A stretch of DNA of 64,000 nucleotides. Source: a bacterium (GTDB taxonomy: Bacteria > Patescibacteriota > Minisyncoccia > UBA6257 > JAUSGH01). Below are positions 19,750 to 28,606 of the stretch, one piece after another; position 1 is the stretch's first letter; every line of letters begins with the position of its first letter. The translations under genes and the position numbers were made by a program. Under the pieces are notes generated by a model. It saw only the letters and a list, made by a program, of their open reading frames with translations, searched no databases and was not told where the DNA came from. The stretch is taken from contig JAUSGH010000007.1 in the NCBI GenBank assembly GCA_030649055.1, forward strand, positions 1,854 to 65,853, given 5' to 3'.

Positions 19750-20883
19750 TTAAGAGAGAGCGGTCCGCAATGTTTTAATAACATGCGCTTGATCAGCTTT
19801 TGAAAGGCCGGGGAAGATTGGGATGGAAATTTCCGAAGCGTAAAATGCTTCGGCATTAGGGCAACTACCCTTTGTATATCCCAACTTCCGGTAATACGGC
19901 TGGAGGTACACCGGAATATAATGCACCTGGCACCAAATACCGGCAGCGCGCAGCTGCGCGAAAACTTCTGCGCGTTTCTTCGCAAAAGCTCCGCGGAGCC
20001 GCACCGGGTATAAATGCCAACTGGACGTCACGCCCTTCTCCTCGGTCGGCAATTGCAAAACCTTTTGAAGGCCACCGAGTTCCTTCGCATAACGCGCGGC
20101 AACGGACCGCCGCAGCGCCATAAATCGGTCAATTTTTTTGAGCTGGCTCAACCCGAGCGCCGACTGAATATCGGTCAAGCGATAATTGAAACCGAGCTGC
20201 TGCATTTCATAGTACCACGCGCCCTCCGACTTTCTTTTGAGCAACGCCGCGTCTTTGGTGATGCCGTGCGTGCGGAATACCCGCAACGCATCCGCATACT
20301 GCTTGTTGTTGGTAAGCACCGCGCCGCCCTCGCCGGTAGTAATAGACTTCACCGGATGAAAACTGAAGGCCGTCATGTCCGCAATGCTACCGATGCGTTT
20401 CCCGCGGAGCGTTGCGCCAAGCGAATGGCAGGCATCCTCAACCAACACTACGCCGTGGCGTTTCGCTATTTTTTTGAACGCGGGAAGATTAGCAGGGTGT
20501 CCCCCGTAGTCAACAACGGAAATCAATTTTGTTTTCTTGTTGATTTTTTTCGCCGCCGCAATGGGATCAAGATTGCCTCGATCGTCAACGTCGGCAAAGA
20601 TGGGCTTTGCGCCAAGATACAACCCGGCGTTCGCGGTTGCAACGAAGGTGAGCGGACTCGTAATGAACTCATCCCCGCGCCCAAGTCCGGCCGCGAAGTA
20701 CGCGCCGTGCAGCGCCGCCGTGCCGTTTGAAAAAACAACGGCGTACTTCACGCCGCAGTATTTCGCCAATGCCTCCTCAAATGCTTCAACCTCCGGTCCT
20801 TGCGTCAAATACGGCGACCGGAGCACCTTCACGACCGCTCGGATATCGTCTTCATCAATGAATTGATGGCCATAGGGAATCAT
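19750..20883 (-). CDS. pseC: UDP-4-amino-4,6-dideoxy-N-acetyl-beta-L-altrosamine transaminase
   Basis: MIPYGHQ.IDEDD, LTQGP, SFHPVKSITTGEGG, WYYEMQQLGFNYR. Confidence 0.9.
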   Translation of the reverse strand: MIPYGHQFIDEDDIRAVVKVLRSPYLTQGPEVEAFEEALAKYCGVKYAVVFSNGTAALHGAYFAAGLGRGDEFITSPLTFVATANAGLYLGAKPIFADVDDRGNLDPIAAAKKINKKTKLISVVDYGGHPANLPAFKKIAKRHGVVLVEDACHSLGATLRGKRIGSIADMTAFSFHPVKSITTGEGGAVLTNNKQYADALRVFRTHGITKDAALLKRKSEGAWYYEMQQLGFNYRLTDIQSALGLSQLKKIDRFMALRRSVAARYAKELGGLQKVLQLPTEEKGVTSSWHLYPVRLRGAFAKKRAEVFAQLRAAGIWCQVHYIPVYLQPYYRKLGYTKGSCPNAEAFYASEISIPIFPGLSKADQAHVIKTLRTALS

Positions 20884-20899
20884 AGGGCTAGAACTAAAA

Positions 20900-21907
20900 C
20901 TAGACTTCAGTTATCCCGCTCATCAGAGCCTGTAATTCTTTTTTTGTGATCCACTTCGTATTGTGATCGCTCGTCAGCAAAAATTTGTTCTTTATTGCTT
21001 TTCCCGCGCGCGCGTACTTTGCGTAGGCCTCCCGGGGCAAAAATTCGGACTCCGGAATCACAACATAATAATCGCCGAAATCAACGGTATGCGCCGCTTC
21101 CTCCGCGGTTAAAAGCACTTCATGAATCTTTTCGCCCGGCCGCATGCCGATGATTTTTTTCTCCGCGTCCGGAGCAATGGCATTCACAAGATCAACAAGC
21201 TTCATGCTGGGAATTTTAGGGATGAAAATCTCTCCGCCCTCCATCTGCCGAAGCGCGAACATGACGAGCGCCGCTGCCTGTTCCAGATTAATCCAAAACC
21301 GCGTCATATTCGGGTCAGTGATATGGACTGTTTTCCCGCGGTTCTGCAACAGCGTTTCAACAATGCTGCCGCGGCTCCCCAGCACATTGCCATAACGCAC
21401 CGCCGCAAATTTTGTTTTATTACCGGACAATGCATTGCCGGCAACAAAAAGTTTTTCCGCGCACAATTTTGTTGAACCATACAAATTCGCCGGATACGCC
21501 GCTTTATCAGTTGAAATAAGTAGCGCGTGGGAGACACCGCAATCAATCGCCGCCTCAACCACGTTCTGGGATCCCAACACGTTTGTCTTCACCGCTTCCA
21601 TCGGGTTGTACTCTAACGCCGGCACCTGCTTTAACGCGGCGGCATGCACTACCACATCAACCCCGGAAAATGCGCGCTGCAAACGCGGAAGGTCGCGTAC
21701 ATCGCCCAAAAAAAACCGGAGCCGGTCATCGTGAAGCTCACGGCTCATGTGGTATTGCTTCAACTCATCGCGGCTGAACACAATAACTTTCTTCGTCGCG
21801 GTGTTGGCAAGCAAATACTTCACGAAACTCTTACCGAACGAGCCGGCGCCGCCGGTCACAAGAACTGTTTTTCCCTTCAAAATGTCGGTATTTTTCGTTG
21901 ATGCCAT
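20900..21907 (-). CDS. pseB: UDP-GlcNAc 4,6-dehydratase (inverting)
   Basis: TGGAGSFG, FSRDELKQ, HAAALKQVP, STDKA, RYGNVLGSRGS, RPGEKIHE. Confidence 0.92.
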   Translation of the reverse strand: MASTKNTDILKGKTVLVTGGAGSFGKSFVKYLLANTATKKVIVFSRDELKQYHMSRELHDDRLRFFLGDVRDLPRLQRAFSGVDVVVHAAALKQVPALEYNPMEAVKTNVLGSQNVVEAAIDCGVSHALLISTDKAAYPANLYGSTKLCAEKLFVAGNALSGNKTKFAAVRYGNVLGSRGSIVETLLQNRGKTVHITDPNMTRFWINLEQAAALVMFALRQMEGGEIFIPKIPSMKLVDLVNAIAPDAEKKIIGMRPGEKIHEVLLTAEEAAHTVDFGDYYVVIPESEFLPREAYAKYARAGKAIKNKFLLTSDHNTKWITKKELQALMSGITEV

Positions 21908-21976
21908 AGGTTCTGAATATAACCGCCAATTGACTAGAATAGTAACCCATCGCGCCTGAAAAAGCAATGCGGCGCG

Positions 21977-22110
21977 GTATACCCCGTGCTACAACTTCGA
22001 TCATCATATTGTTTTGTATTATGATGACGATTGCGTTTTATTTGGACATTTTGTGTATGCAAAACATCTTAATTATTAATAAGCAATCGAAGTTGTAGCA
22101 CGGGGTATAC
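21977..22110. repeat. 134-bp segment bounded by perfect 25-bp inverted repeats
   Basis: gtataccccgtgctacaacttcgat (21977-22001) and atcgaagttgtagcacggggtatac (22086-22110). Confidence 0.9.
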
Positions 22111-22160
22111 TTTTGAGCTGGGATTCAGTTATACTATAATAACTTCGCCGTACATATATG

Positions 22161-22279
22161 CCGGGTAGTGAAAGTGCGATCGCTACGCGACTACGGCAAG
22201 AGTCGAAATTAGTATAAACGCAACGCTTAAATCGTAACAATATTATACGTAAGTAACTCATCGCACTTCTACTACCCGG
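22161..22279. repeat. Second inverted repeat (20 bp, 2 mismatches) ending at the start codon of 22281
   Basis: ccgggtagtgaaagtgcgat ... atcgcacttctactacccgg. Confidence 0.7.
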
Positions 22280-22280
22280 T

Positions 22281-23807
22281 ATGAAAGGCTGTTTATTACT
22301 ACAACGACGGTTTGCAACCATCAGCCACGCGATTGCGCTTGCGCTGAAAGAAAAATACGGCATAACCGAATTCTGCGGCTACGTTTGCGTCCGCTCGGGT
22401 TTTGATTTCCTGAAATCCCAAAAAGACATCAACTACGGAACCTTACTGCTCGATGACGAACTTCAAAAAGATTACGTCAAAGAAAAACTTGATCCCGAGT
22501 ACCTCCACCACCTGGAAAAAGAATATGGCATCCCCAACCTGTGGCCGTACATTGCCTGCGACCGCGTCATCATGTTTAAACAACTGTTGCGCGAGTATCC
22601 GTACAACACGCCGATGTATACCCACGAAGAAATGTTGCGCATGCTCCAGGTGAAGGCGCGCGCGATCATTCATATGCTTGAGGAGGAAAAACCCGATTTC
22701 CTTTTCGCGAGCGTCGTCGGTTCCATGGGAGGAATGCTCCTCTATCACATCGCCAAAAAGAAAAACATCAAGGTTATTATTGCCGATATCGCCCGCATCG
22801 GCGAACTGTTTACGGTAAGCGATCATTACGCATATCACACATGGACTGAACAAATTTTTCAAGAACTAAAACGCACGGAACGACACAGCCCCCGTGAACA
22901 CGACGCGCAAACCTTCCTGAAAAATTTCCGGAAAGAGCCGGCGCCGTTCTTCGGAAAACTTTACGAAAAAGACCAGTTAGTTGACCGCCGTAGGAAGCTC
23001 CAATTTTTGAAACCTACTCATATATTCCGATCGCTCGCGTGGGTTTTACAGCTCACGATCGGCTATCTCAAAAATCCTCATCGCGACGACTATGAGGAAA
23101 TCAAACCCTGGCATTACATAATTGATCGGCTCAAAAACAAAGCGCGCCTACTCCGCGGCTTCCGCGATCTCTACAGTAATCCGGAACCGAATGAAGATTA
23201 TGCCTTTTTCCCGTTACAATATGAACCGGAAATTTCTATGCTGCTCTATGCTCCATTTTTTTCCGACCAATCGTACGTGATCCGACAAATCGCCCGCTCG
23301 CTTCCCGTCACATATAAACTTTATGTTAAGGACCATCCTTCAATGGTCGGATTCCGGACGAGAAGTTATTACAAGGAACTGCTGAAAATACCGAATGTCC
23401 GACTCATCAACCCTGTTATCAAAAGTTTCCCGTTAATCCAAAATTCAAAAATTGTGACAACAATTACGGGCAGTGCCGGCTGGGAAGCGGTATTGCTCAA
23501 AAAACCCGTCATCACGTTCGGTGATGTGTTTTACAACGCGTTAAGTACCGTGAAACACTGTCGGACTATTGACGAACTTCCTTATTTGATTAAAGAACAA
23601 CTCGAGTCAACGCGTTATAACGAACAAGAGCTGATCAATTACATTGCCGCCACGATGGAAGTTTCCGTTGAGGTGTCACTGCTCCGGCTTTGGGAACGGG
23701 AAATAGGAGATTTTGAAAAAGTGAAAAAAGGCATGGAGCCTGCGGCGGACTTGATTGCAAGAAGACTCGGCGTGAAGGCCGTACCGAGTGTTACCCCAAG
23801 AAATTAA
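22281..23807 (+). CDS. Capsule-biosynthesis (KpsS-like) GT-B protein, putative nonulosonate transferase
   Basis: FFPLQYEPE, YVKDHP, TITGSAGWEA...KPVI.FG. Confidence 0.7.
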   Translation: MKGCLLLQRRFATISHAIALALKEKYGITEFCGYVCVRSGFDFLKSQKDINYGTLLLDDELQKDYVKEKLDPEYLHHLEKEYGIPNLWPYIACDRVIMFKQLLREYPYNTPMYTHEEMLRMLQVKARAIIHMLEEEKPDFLFASVVGSMGGMLLYHIAKKKNIKVIIADIARIGELFTVSDHYAYHTWTEQIFQELKRTERHSPREHDAQTFLKNFRKEPAPFFGKLYEKDQLVDRRRKLQFLKPTHIFRSLAWVLQLTIGYLKNPHRDDYEEIKPWHYIIDRLKNKARLLRGFRDLYSNPEPNEDYAFFPLQYEPEISMLLYAPFFSDQSYVIRQIARSLPVTYKLYVKDHPSMVGFRTRSYYKELLKIPNVRLINPVIKSFPLIQNSKIVTTITGSAGWEAVLLKKPVITFGDVFYNALSTVKHCRTIDELPYLIKEQLESTRYNEQELINYIAATMEVSVEVSLLRLWEREIGDFEKVKKGMEPAADLIARRLGVKAVPSVTPRN

Positions 23808-24483
23808 ACCGCGCGATGTGCCAAAGCGCGGCGACTCCGTCTTTCCAGCCGATCTTTTTTCCCTCCGCGTAACTGCGGCCCGCGTAAGAAACCGCGACTT
23901 CGTAAATGCGGAAGTGGTGCTTGGCAACGCGTGCGGTGAGCTCCACCTCAATACCGAATCGCCGCGATTTCAAACGCGGCGCGATTGCATCAACTACGTT
24001 TCGCGTAAACACTTTATATCCGACTTCCACATCGGAAAGGTTCAAGTTTGTGCATAGATTGGAAAAAAACGTAATAAAACGGTTGGCGAGATAATGATGA
24101 AAGTTGAAAATCCGGTGCGGCTTATTGCCTAAAAATCGCGTTCCGTACACGACATCAGCCAAACCGGAGCGTATTGGGGCGAGCAAATCCGGGTAGTCAT
24201 TTGGGTCATACTCCAAATCCGCGTCTTGGATAAGGACAATGTCGCCGCTCGCGTGTTCAAAGCCGGTTTTAACAGCGCCGCCCTTGCCGAAATTTTTCTC
24301 ATGAAAAATTACAACGATCTCCGGAATGCTTTTTAGAATTTCCCTCGTTTTGTCGGTTGAACCGTCATCAACAACGATGATTTCTTTTTCAATGTCCGCC
24401 AACGGAACTGCCTGAACGCGGCGAATAATTTCCGCGATGGTTTTTTCTTCGTTGTATGCCGGGATAATAACCGAGAGCTTCAT
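23791..24483 (-). CDS. Polyprenyl-phosphate glycosyltransferase (DPM1-like GT2)
   Basis: IPAYNEE, VDDGSTD, GKGGA, QDADLEY, GKKIGWKDG. Confidence 0.9.
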   Translation of the reverse strand: MKLSVIIPAYNEEKTIAEIIRRVQAVPLADIEKEIIVVDDGSTDKTREILKSIPEIVVIFHEKNFGKGGAVKTGFEHASGDIVLIQDADLEYDPNDYPDLLAPIRSGLADVVYGTRFLGNKPHRIFNFHHYLANRFITFFSNLCTNLNLSDVEVGYKVFTRNVVDAIAPRLKSRRFGIEVELTARVAKHHFRIYEVAVSYAGRSYAEGKKIGWKDGVAALWHIARFNFLG

Positions 24484-24491
24484 GAGAAAAT

Positions 24492-24679
24492 TTAGTTCCT
24501 GAGTTTATCGAAGGACAACCATAATGAGAAGTCCAAATTTCTAATATCTAATGTCTATTATTGTATCCCTTCGACTTCGCTCAGGGAATAAAGATCTTAG
24601 TTCCTGAGTTTATCGAAGGACAACCTTTTCGCTCAGGGAATAAAGATCTTAGTTCCTGAGTTTATCGAAGGACAACCTT
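24492..24679. repeat. Family C repeat cluster with exact 52-bp tandem duplication
   Basis: 24576-24627 = 24628-24679; third partial copy at 24492-24520. Confidence 0.85.
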
Positions 24680-24695
24680 AACACGATGCATGGTA

Positions 24696-25280
24696 TCACT
24701 TCGTAACAAAAATCGTGAATCCCGAAGTTTGGTTTTTGCTTGGCACGAGCCAGTCCAATAATCGCGCAACTGGCGCAAAAACGCGGACGTAGGGCAAAAG
24801 GTACGCCACGGTCTCAAAAAATCCGCGCACCTTCACCATCTCTACCGACGAAAAATCTTTGAAGAGCATTTTTACTCCGTCTCCGGTGAACCGCCAATAG
24901 TCCGCGTAAAATCCCTTCTCCGCGTGATACGGAAAAAGAAACGGTACATAGATGAGCCCCAACCCTCCGGGCTTTAACACCCGTCGGAGCTCCGCGACAA
25001 CCCGAAAAGGATCTTCCACGTGCTCCAGCACCGACTTGCAAATCACGGCATCAAAACTTTCATCCTGAAACGGCAGGTTGTGCGCGTCGCCTTTGACTAC
25101 TCCAGCGGACTCATAATTCTTATCAATCACCACGTACTCGGTTTCCTTAAAAAGCTCGCGGTACGCCCCAAGCTGTTTTTGGAGCGGCGTTCCGCCGCCG
25201 ACGTCCAAAATCCGTTTCCTTTTCGCAATAAGCCGGATCTTCTCTTCAAAAAATTTTTCCCACGGGGCCATAGATTTCAT
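24696..25280 (-). CDS. Class I SAM-dependent methyltransferase
   Basis: ILDVGGG, GDAHNLPF, VLEHV, LKPGG. Confidence 0.88.
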   Translation of the reverse strand: MKSMAPWEKFFEEKIRLIAKRKRILDVGGGTPLQKQLGAYRELFKETEYVVIDKNYESAGVVKGDAHNLPFQDESFDAVICKSVLEHVEDPFRVVAELRRVLKPGGLGLIYVPFLFPYHAEKGFYADYWRFTGDGVKMLFKDFSSVEMVKVRGFFETVAYLLPYVRVFAPVARLLDWLVPSKNQTSGFTIFVTK

Positions 25281-25358
25281 TACAATAACTCACCACAAAG
25301 AAAACAGCAAATATCTCTCATTCCACCATTCGCGCGAATGAGGGTATAAGCTACACAT

Positions 25359-25398
25359 CACAACATCCTTACAAACTGGAGTTTGTAAGGATGTTGTG
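25359..25398. repeat. Perfect 18-bp-arm palindrome in divergent intergenic region
   Basis: cacaacatccttacaaac-tgga-gtttgtaaggatgttgtg. Confidence 0.85.
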
Positions 25399-25461
25399 TG
25401 ACGGTATAAATAATTTTGTCGATAACTTTACGATAGCGGCGCGGCACGATATGCTCATAAC

Positions 25462-26778
25462 ATGATGCTCACGCGCGAAGGAAAAATTATCCTGCTTCTT
25501 TTTGCGCTCGCGCTTCTCGTGCGCGTCGCGCTTTTTGGGGCGAACATTGCGGCACACGAAGGCGAACTGCTCCCGACAATTCTGAACTCTGAAGGATATT
25601 ACGAACTTGCGAATAACATCCTCGCCGGGCACGGATTCTCACAAAGCCCCGCGGCGCCATATGTGCCGGATTCGCTCCGCCCTCCGCTCTATCCGCTCTT
25701 CATCGCCGCATTCGTTGGACTTTCCGGAAGTTATTGGCCGGTCATCATCGCCCAAATACTGCTTGCGAGCGTTTTGCCGCTCCTCGCGCGGCGCATCGGT
25801 TTCCGCCTCACGCAAAATACGTTTGCCGGGAACGCGGTAGGCGTTCTGTTTGCCGTGGAGCCGGTGCTTGTGCGGCTCTCCGGGATTCTTCTCACCGAAA
25901 CGCTATTCCTCGCGTTGTTTCTGTCTTCCGTTATCACGTTCTTCAATTATCTTGATCGCGAAAAATTATCCGATCTTGCGGCAAGCGCGGCACTCCTCGG
26001 GCTCGCCACGCTCACGCGGCCGGTCACGCAATATCTTCCCGTTGTTATTATCGCGTTTCTCTTGTGGCATTTCCGTGGCGCGCTATCCCGGCGTGCCATG
26101 CTACATGTCGCCACATTCATCGCCGTCTTCGTTGTGGCGCTTTTGCCATGGCTCTACCGGAACGCTATCGTGTTCGGAAATCCGAGCGTCGCGAACACGC
26201 GCATCAGTAACTTTTACGGCTATTTTGCACCATCCGTTTTGGCGCTGGAACGCCATATCGGTTTTACCGAAGCACAACGCCAACTGTTCGCGGAAGACGG
26301 CGTACAGGATTACGGCGCGGTGACGCTCAAAGACGCGGAACATTTCACAAACCGGGCAAAAGCGATTATCAAAACCCATCCGAAGGAAACCGCAAAACTC
26401 CTCGGCATCACCACGTTTGCCTTTTTCACGCACGACGGGTACCTGGATGTACTTCAAGATCTCGGCTACATGAAGAATTTCTCGCGCACAATCCGCGCGC
26501 TCATCACAGGCCCCGGCATCATAATCCTCGCGGGAAGAATGTTTTGGACGCTCACAGCACTCCTCGCATTCCTCGGCACGTATCTCTTTTTCAAACGCGA
26601 AAAATTTCAGCCGAAGGCGCTTTTCGCCCTTCTCCTCATCACCTACTTCGCCGCAACCGCCGCAATTGTGGGCTTAGGCATCACCGCCCGCTACAGAGTC
26701 CCCGCAAACGTATTTATTGCCGCATTCGCGTTTTATGCTATCGCGCGCTGGCGTAAAACTCCGGAAGCCGCGAAATAA
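25462..26778 (+). CDS. GT-C (ArnT/PMT-like, GT39/83) membrane glycosyltransferase
   Basis: Y..LA.N...GHG, RPPLYPLF, LTETLF, LTRP, PWLYRN, ARYR.P. Confidence 0.8.
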   Translation: MMLTREGKIILLLFALALLVRVALFGANIAAHEGELLPTILNSEGYYELANNILAGHGFSQSPAAPYVPDSLRPPLYPLFIAAFVGLSGSYWPVIIAQILLASVLPLLARRIGFRLTQNTFAGNAVGVLFAVEPVLVRLSGILLTETLFLALFLSSVITFFNYLDREKLSDLAASAALLGLATLTRPVTQYLPVVIIAFLLWHFRGALSRRAMLHVATFIAVFVVALLPWLYRNAIVFGNPSVANTRISNFYGYFAPSVLALERHIGFTEAQRQLFAEDGVQDYGAVTLKDAEHFTNRAKAIIKTHPKETAKLLGITTFAFFTHDGYLDVLQDLGYMKNFSRTIRALITGPGIIILAGRMFWTLTALLAFLGTYLFFKREKFQPKALFALLLITYFAATAAIVGLGITARYRVPANVFIAAFAFYAIARWRKTPEAAK

Positions 26779-26786
26779 AGTGCGGT

Positions 26787-27145
26787 GTCATTCCGGGCTT
26801 GACCCGGAATCCAGAGGATCTATGAAATCGTTATATAAATCTCTCCATTGCGGATTTTGGCGCTCAATAAGCTGAAGTTTCCACACACGGTGCCATTGTT
26901 TAACTTGTTTCTCTCGGGCAAGCGCCGTTCGCACGTCTGACGTTTCTTCGTAATAGACAAGCATATGTACTTTGTAGCGTTTCGTGAATCCATCAATCGC
27001 ATCGCTTTTGTGCTGTCCGACGCGCTTTACGAGATCGTTCGTGACGCCCGCATAGAGCGTACCGTTCCGCTTACTCGCCATTATGTACACATAATATGCG
27101 TTCATTATTGCGGCGTACTGGATTCCCGCTTTCGCGGGAATGACA
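26787..27145. mobile_element. REP-bracketed GIY-YIG cassette (family A ends)
   Basis: gtcattccgggcttgacccggaatccag (26787-26814) and ctggattcccgctttcgcgggaatgac (27118-27144) enclose the nuclease gene. Confidence 0.65.
26788..27105 (-). CDS. GIY-YIG nuclease family protein
   Basis: YYVYIMAS.RNGTLY.GVT.DL..R..QH, A.AREKQ.K.W.R.WK..LIE..NP.W.DL. Confidence 0.92.
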   Translation of the reverse strand: MNAYYVYIMASKRNGTLYAGVTNDLVKRVGQHKSDAIDGFTKRYKVHMLVYYEETSDVRTALAREKQVKQWHRVWKLQLIERQNPQWRDLYNDFIDPLDSGSSPE

Positions 27146-27177
27146 AAAAAATATATACAGAAGACACAAAACCAAAT

Positions 27178-28593
27178 CTAAAAAAACTTCATCTTCAGCA
27201 ACGAAAACGCCGTCATTTTGAGCAGTAGCCAGCCATGACGCCACCGGCTGATGTTGGTGCTGCCGTAGGTGCGCGCCTCATAACGAATAGGGAGGTCAAT
27301 GATTTTCAATCCCAATTTCGCCGCGCCGAACAATAAATCAAAATCACCGAACGGGTCAAAGTCGCCGAAAAAGGCCCGGCCTGCCGCGATGCGCTCATAG
27401 TCCGTCCGCAACAGCACCTTTGTTCCGCATAAGGTGTCCTTGACACGCTGGCCCAAAATCCACGAAAAACTCACACCAAAAAATTTATTGGCGATGTGGT
27501 TCAGCGTTTGCATTGCCTGGCGCTGCATCTGATACACCAGCCGCGAACCGTTAATGAACTCCCCCGCTCCCGAGGCGATCGCGGCATAAAACTTCGGCAA
27601 GTCCTCCGGAGGAACGGTTAAATCCGCGTCAAGAATAAACAACACGTCGCCCTTCGCCGCCGCAAACCCTTTCCGCACCGCGTCTCCCTTGCCTTTTCCG
27701 TCCTGGATGAGCAGCGTGATGTCTTTTTCTTTGTGCGCCGCAATCACGCGCTGAATTTCTTCCCGTGTGCCGTCTTTAGAACCGCCCTCAACGAAAATAA
27801 TTTCCGTGTGTGATCCCAGCTGCGGAGTCCGCAGCACCGCCGCTTCAATATTTCCTTTTTCGTTCCGCGCCGGAATAATAACCGACGTCGTATATTCGCG
27901 CACGGCCAATTGCCTCGGCTTCGCGATCACGTAACGCAAAAGGCACAGCCGCCGCAAAAGCGGAAGCCGGGCAATAAATCGGTTCACGAGATACGAAAGC
28001 AAGGGGATGTTTACCGGAATGAGTACCTCTTCGCCGCGCTTCACCACTTCAAACCCCGCAAGGTGGAGAAAATTTTCAAGATCGCCCGCGGAAAGCCAGT
28101 TTTGCGCCGGAGAAGACATTTTGAGATGCGCGAATTCCGCAAATCGTAGCAACGGCTCCCACAAAAAATTTGTGTAGGTGATAAGGATTTTCGTGTGGTC
28201 ATGTGTCACCTTTTTCAACTCCATAAACGCGCGCTGCACGTCGGGCAAATAGCTTACGAGGTCCGAACAGATGATATAGTCAAATTTCTCCGCAAGCGTA
28301 AGAGATTCCGCGTCCATAGTGAAAAAGGCGAGGTCAGAATGACGCTTTGCCGCGAGCGCGGTCATCTTTGGACTCATATCAACGCCCACGCCGCGTTTCG
28401 GCGCGACCGATGCGAGCAAATCCCCGGTGCCGGACCCCACGTCCAATACCGCGCTTCCTTTGGGAATGAAAAACTGCGCCACCTTGCGAATCGCTCCGTG
28501 ATAATAGCGGTGCCGCGTTTGCCACGCCCCACGTTTCGACGCGACGTCATCAAAAAACTTTTTAAGCTCCTCACCCGATGTCAGTTTTGTCAT
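27178..28593 (-). CDS. Bifunctional SAM methyltransferase / GT2 fusion
   Basis: N-terminal VLDVGSGTG; C-terminal IPARNE, GKGKGDAV, LDADL, DTLCGTK, DPFGDFDL. Confidence 0.88.
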   Translation of the reverse strand: MTKLTSGEELKKFFDDVASKRGAWQTRHRYYHGAIRKVAQFFIPKGSAVLDVGSGTGDLLASVAPKRGVGVDMSPKMTALAAKRHSDLAFFTMDAESLTLAEKFDYIICSDLVSYLPDVQRAFMELKKVTHDHTKILITYTNFLWEPLLRFAEFAHLKMSSPAQNWLSAGDLENFLHLAGFEVVKRGEEVLIPVNIPLLSYLVNRFIARLPLLRRLCLLRYVIAKPRQLAVREYTTSVIIPARNEKGNIEAAVLRTPQLGSHTEIIFVEGGSKDGTREEIQRVIAAHKEKDITLLIQDGKGKGDAVRKGFAAAKGDVLFILDADLTVPPEDLPKFYAAIASGAGEFINGSRLVYQMQRQAMQTLNHIANKFFGVSFSWILGQRVKDTLCGTKVLLRTDYERIAAGRAFFGDFDPFGDFDLLFGAAKLGLKIIDLPIRYEARTYGSTNISRWRHGWLLLKMTAFSLLKMKFF

Positions 28594-28606
28594 GCGATGA
28601 ATTCTA

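Noticed and set aside
24492-24679. Mini CRISPR array (29-bp repeat x3)
   Set aside because: Spacers are very unequal and one is part of a tandem duplication; the repeat belongs to a dispersed REP-like family; no cas genes
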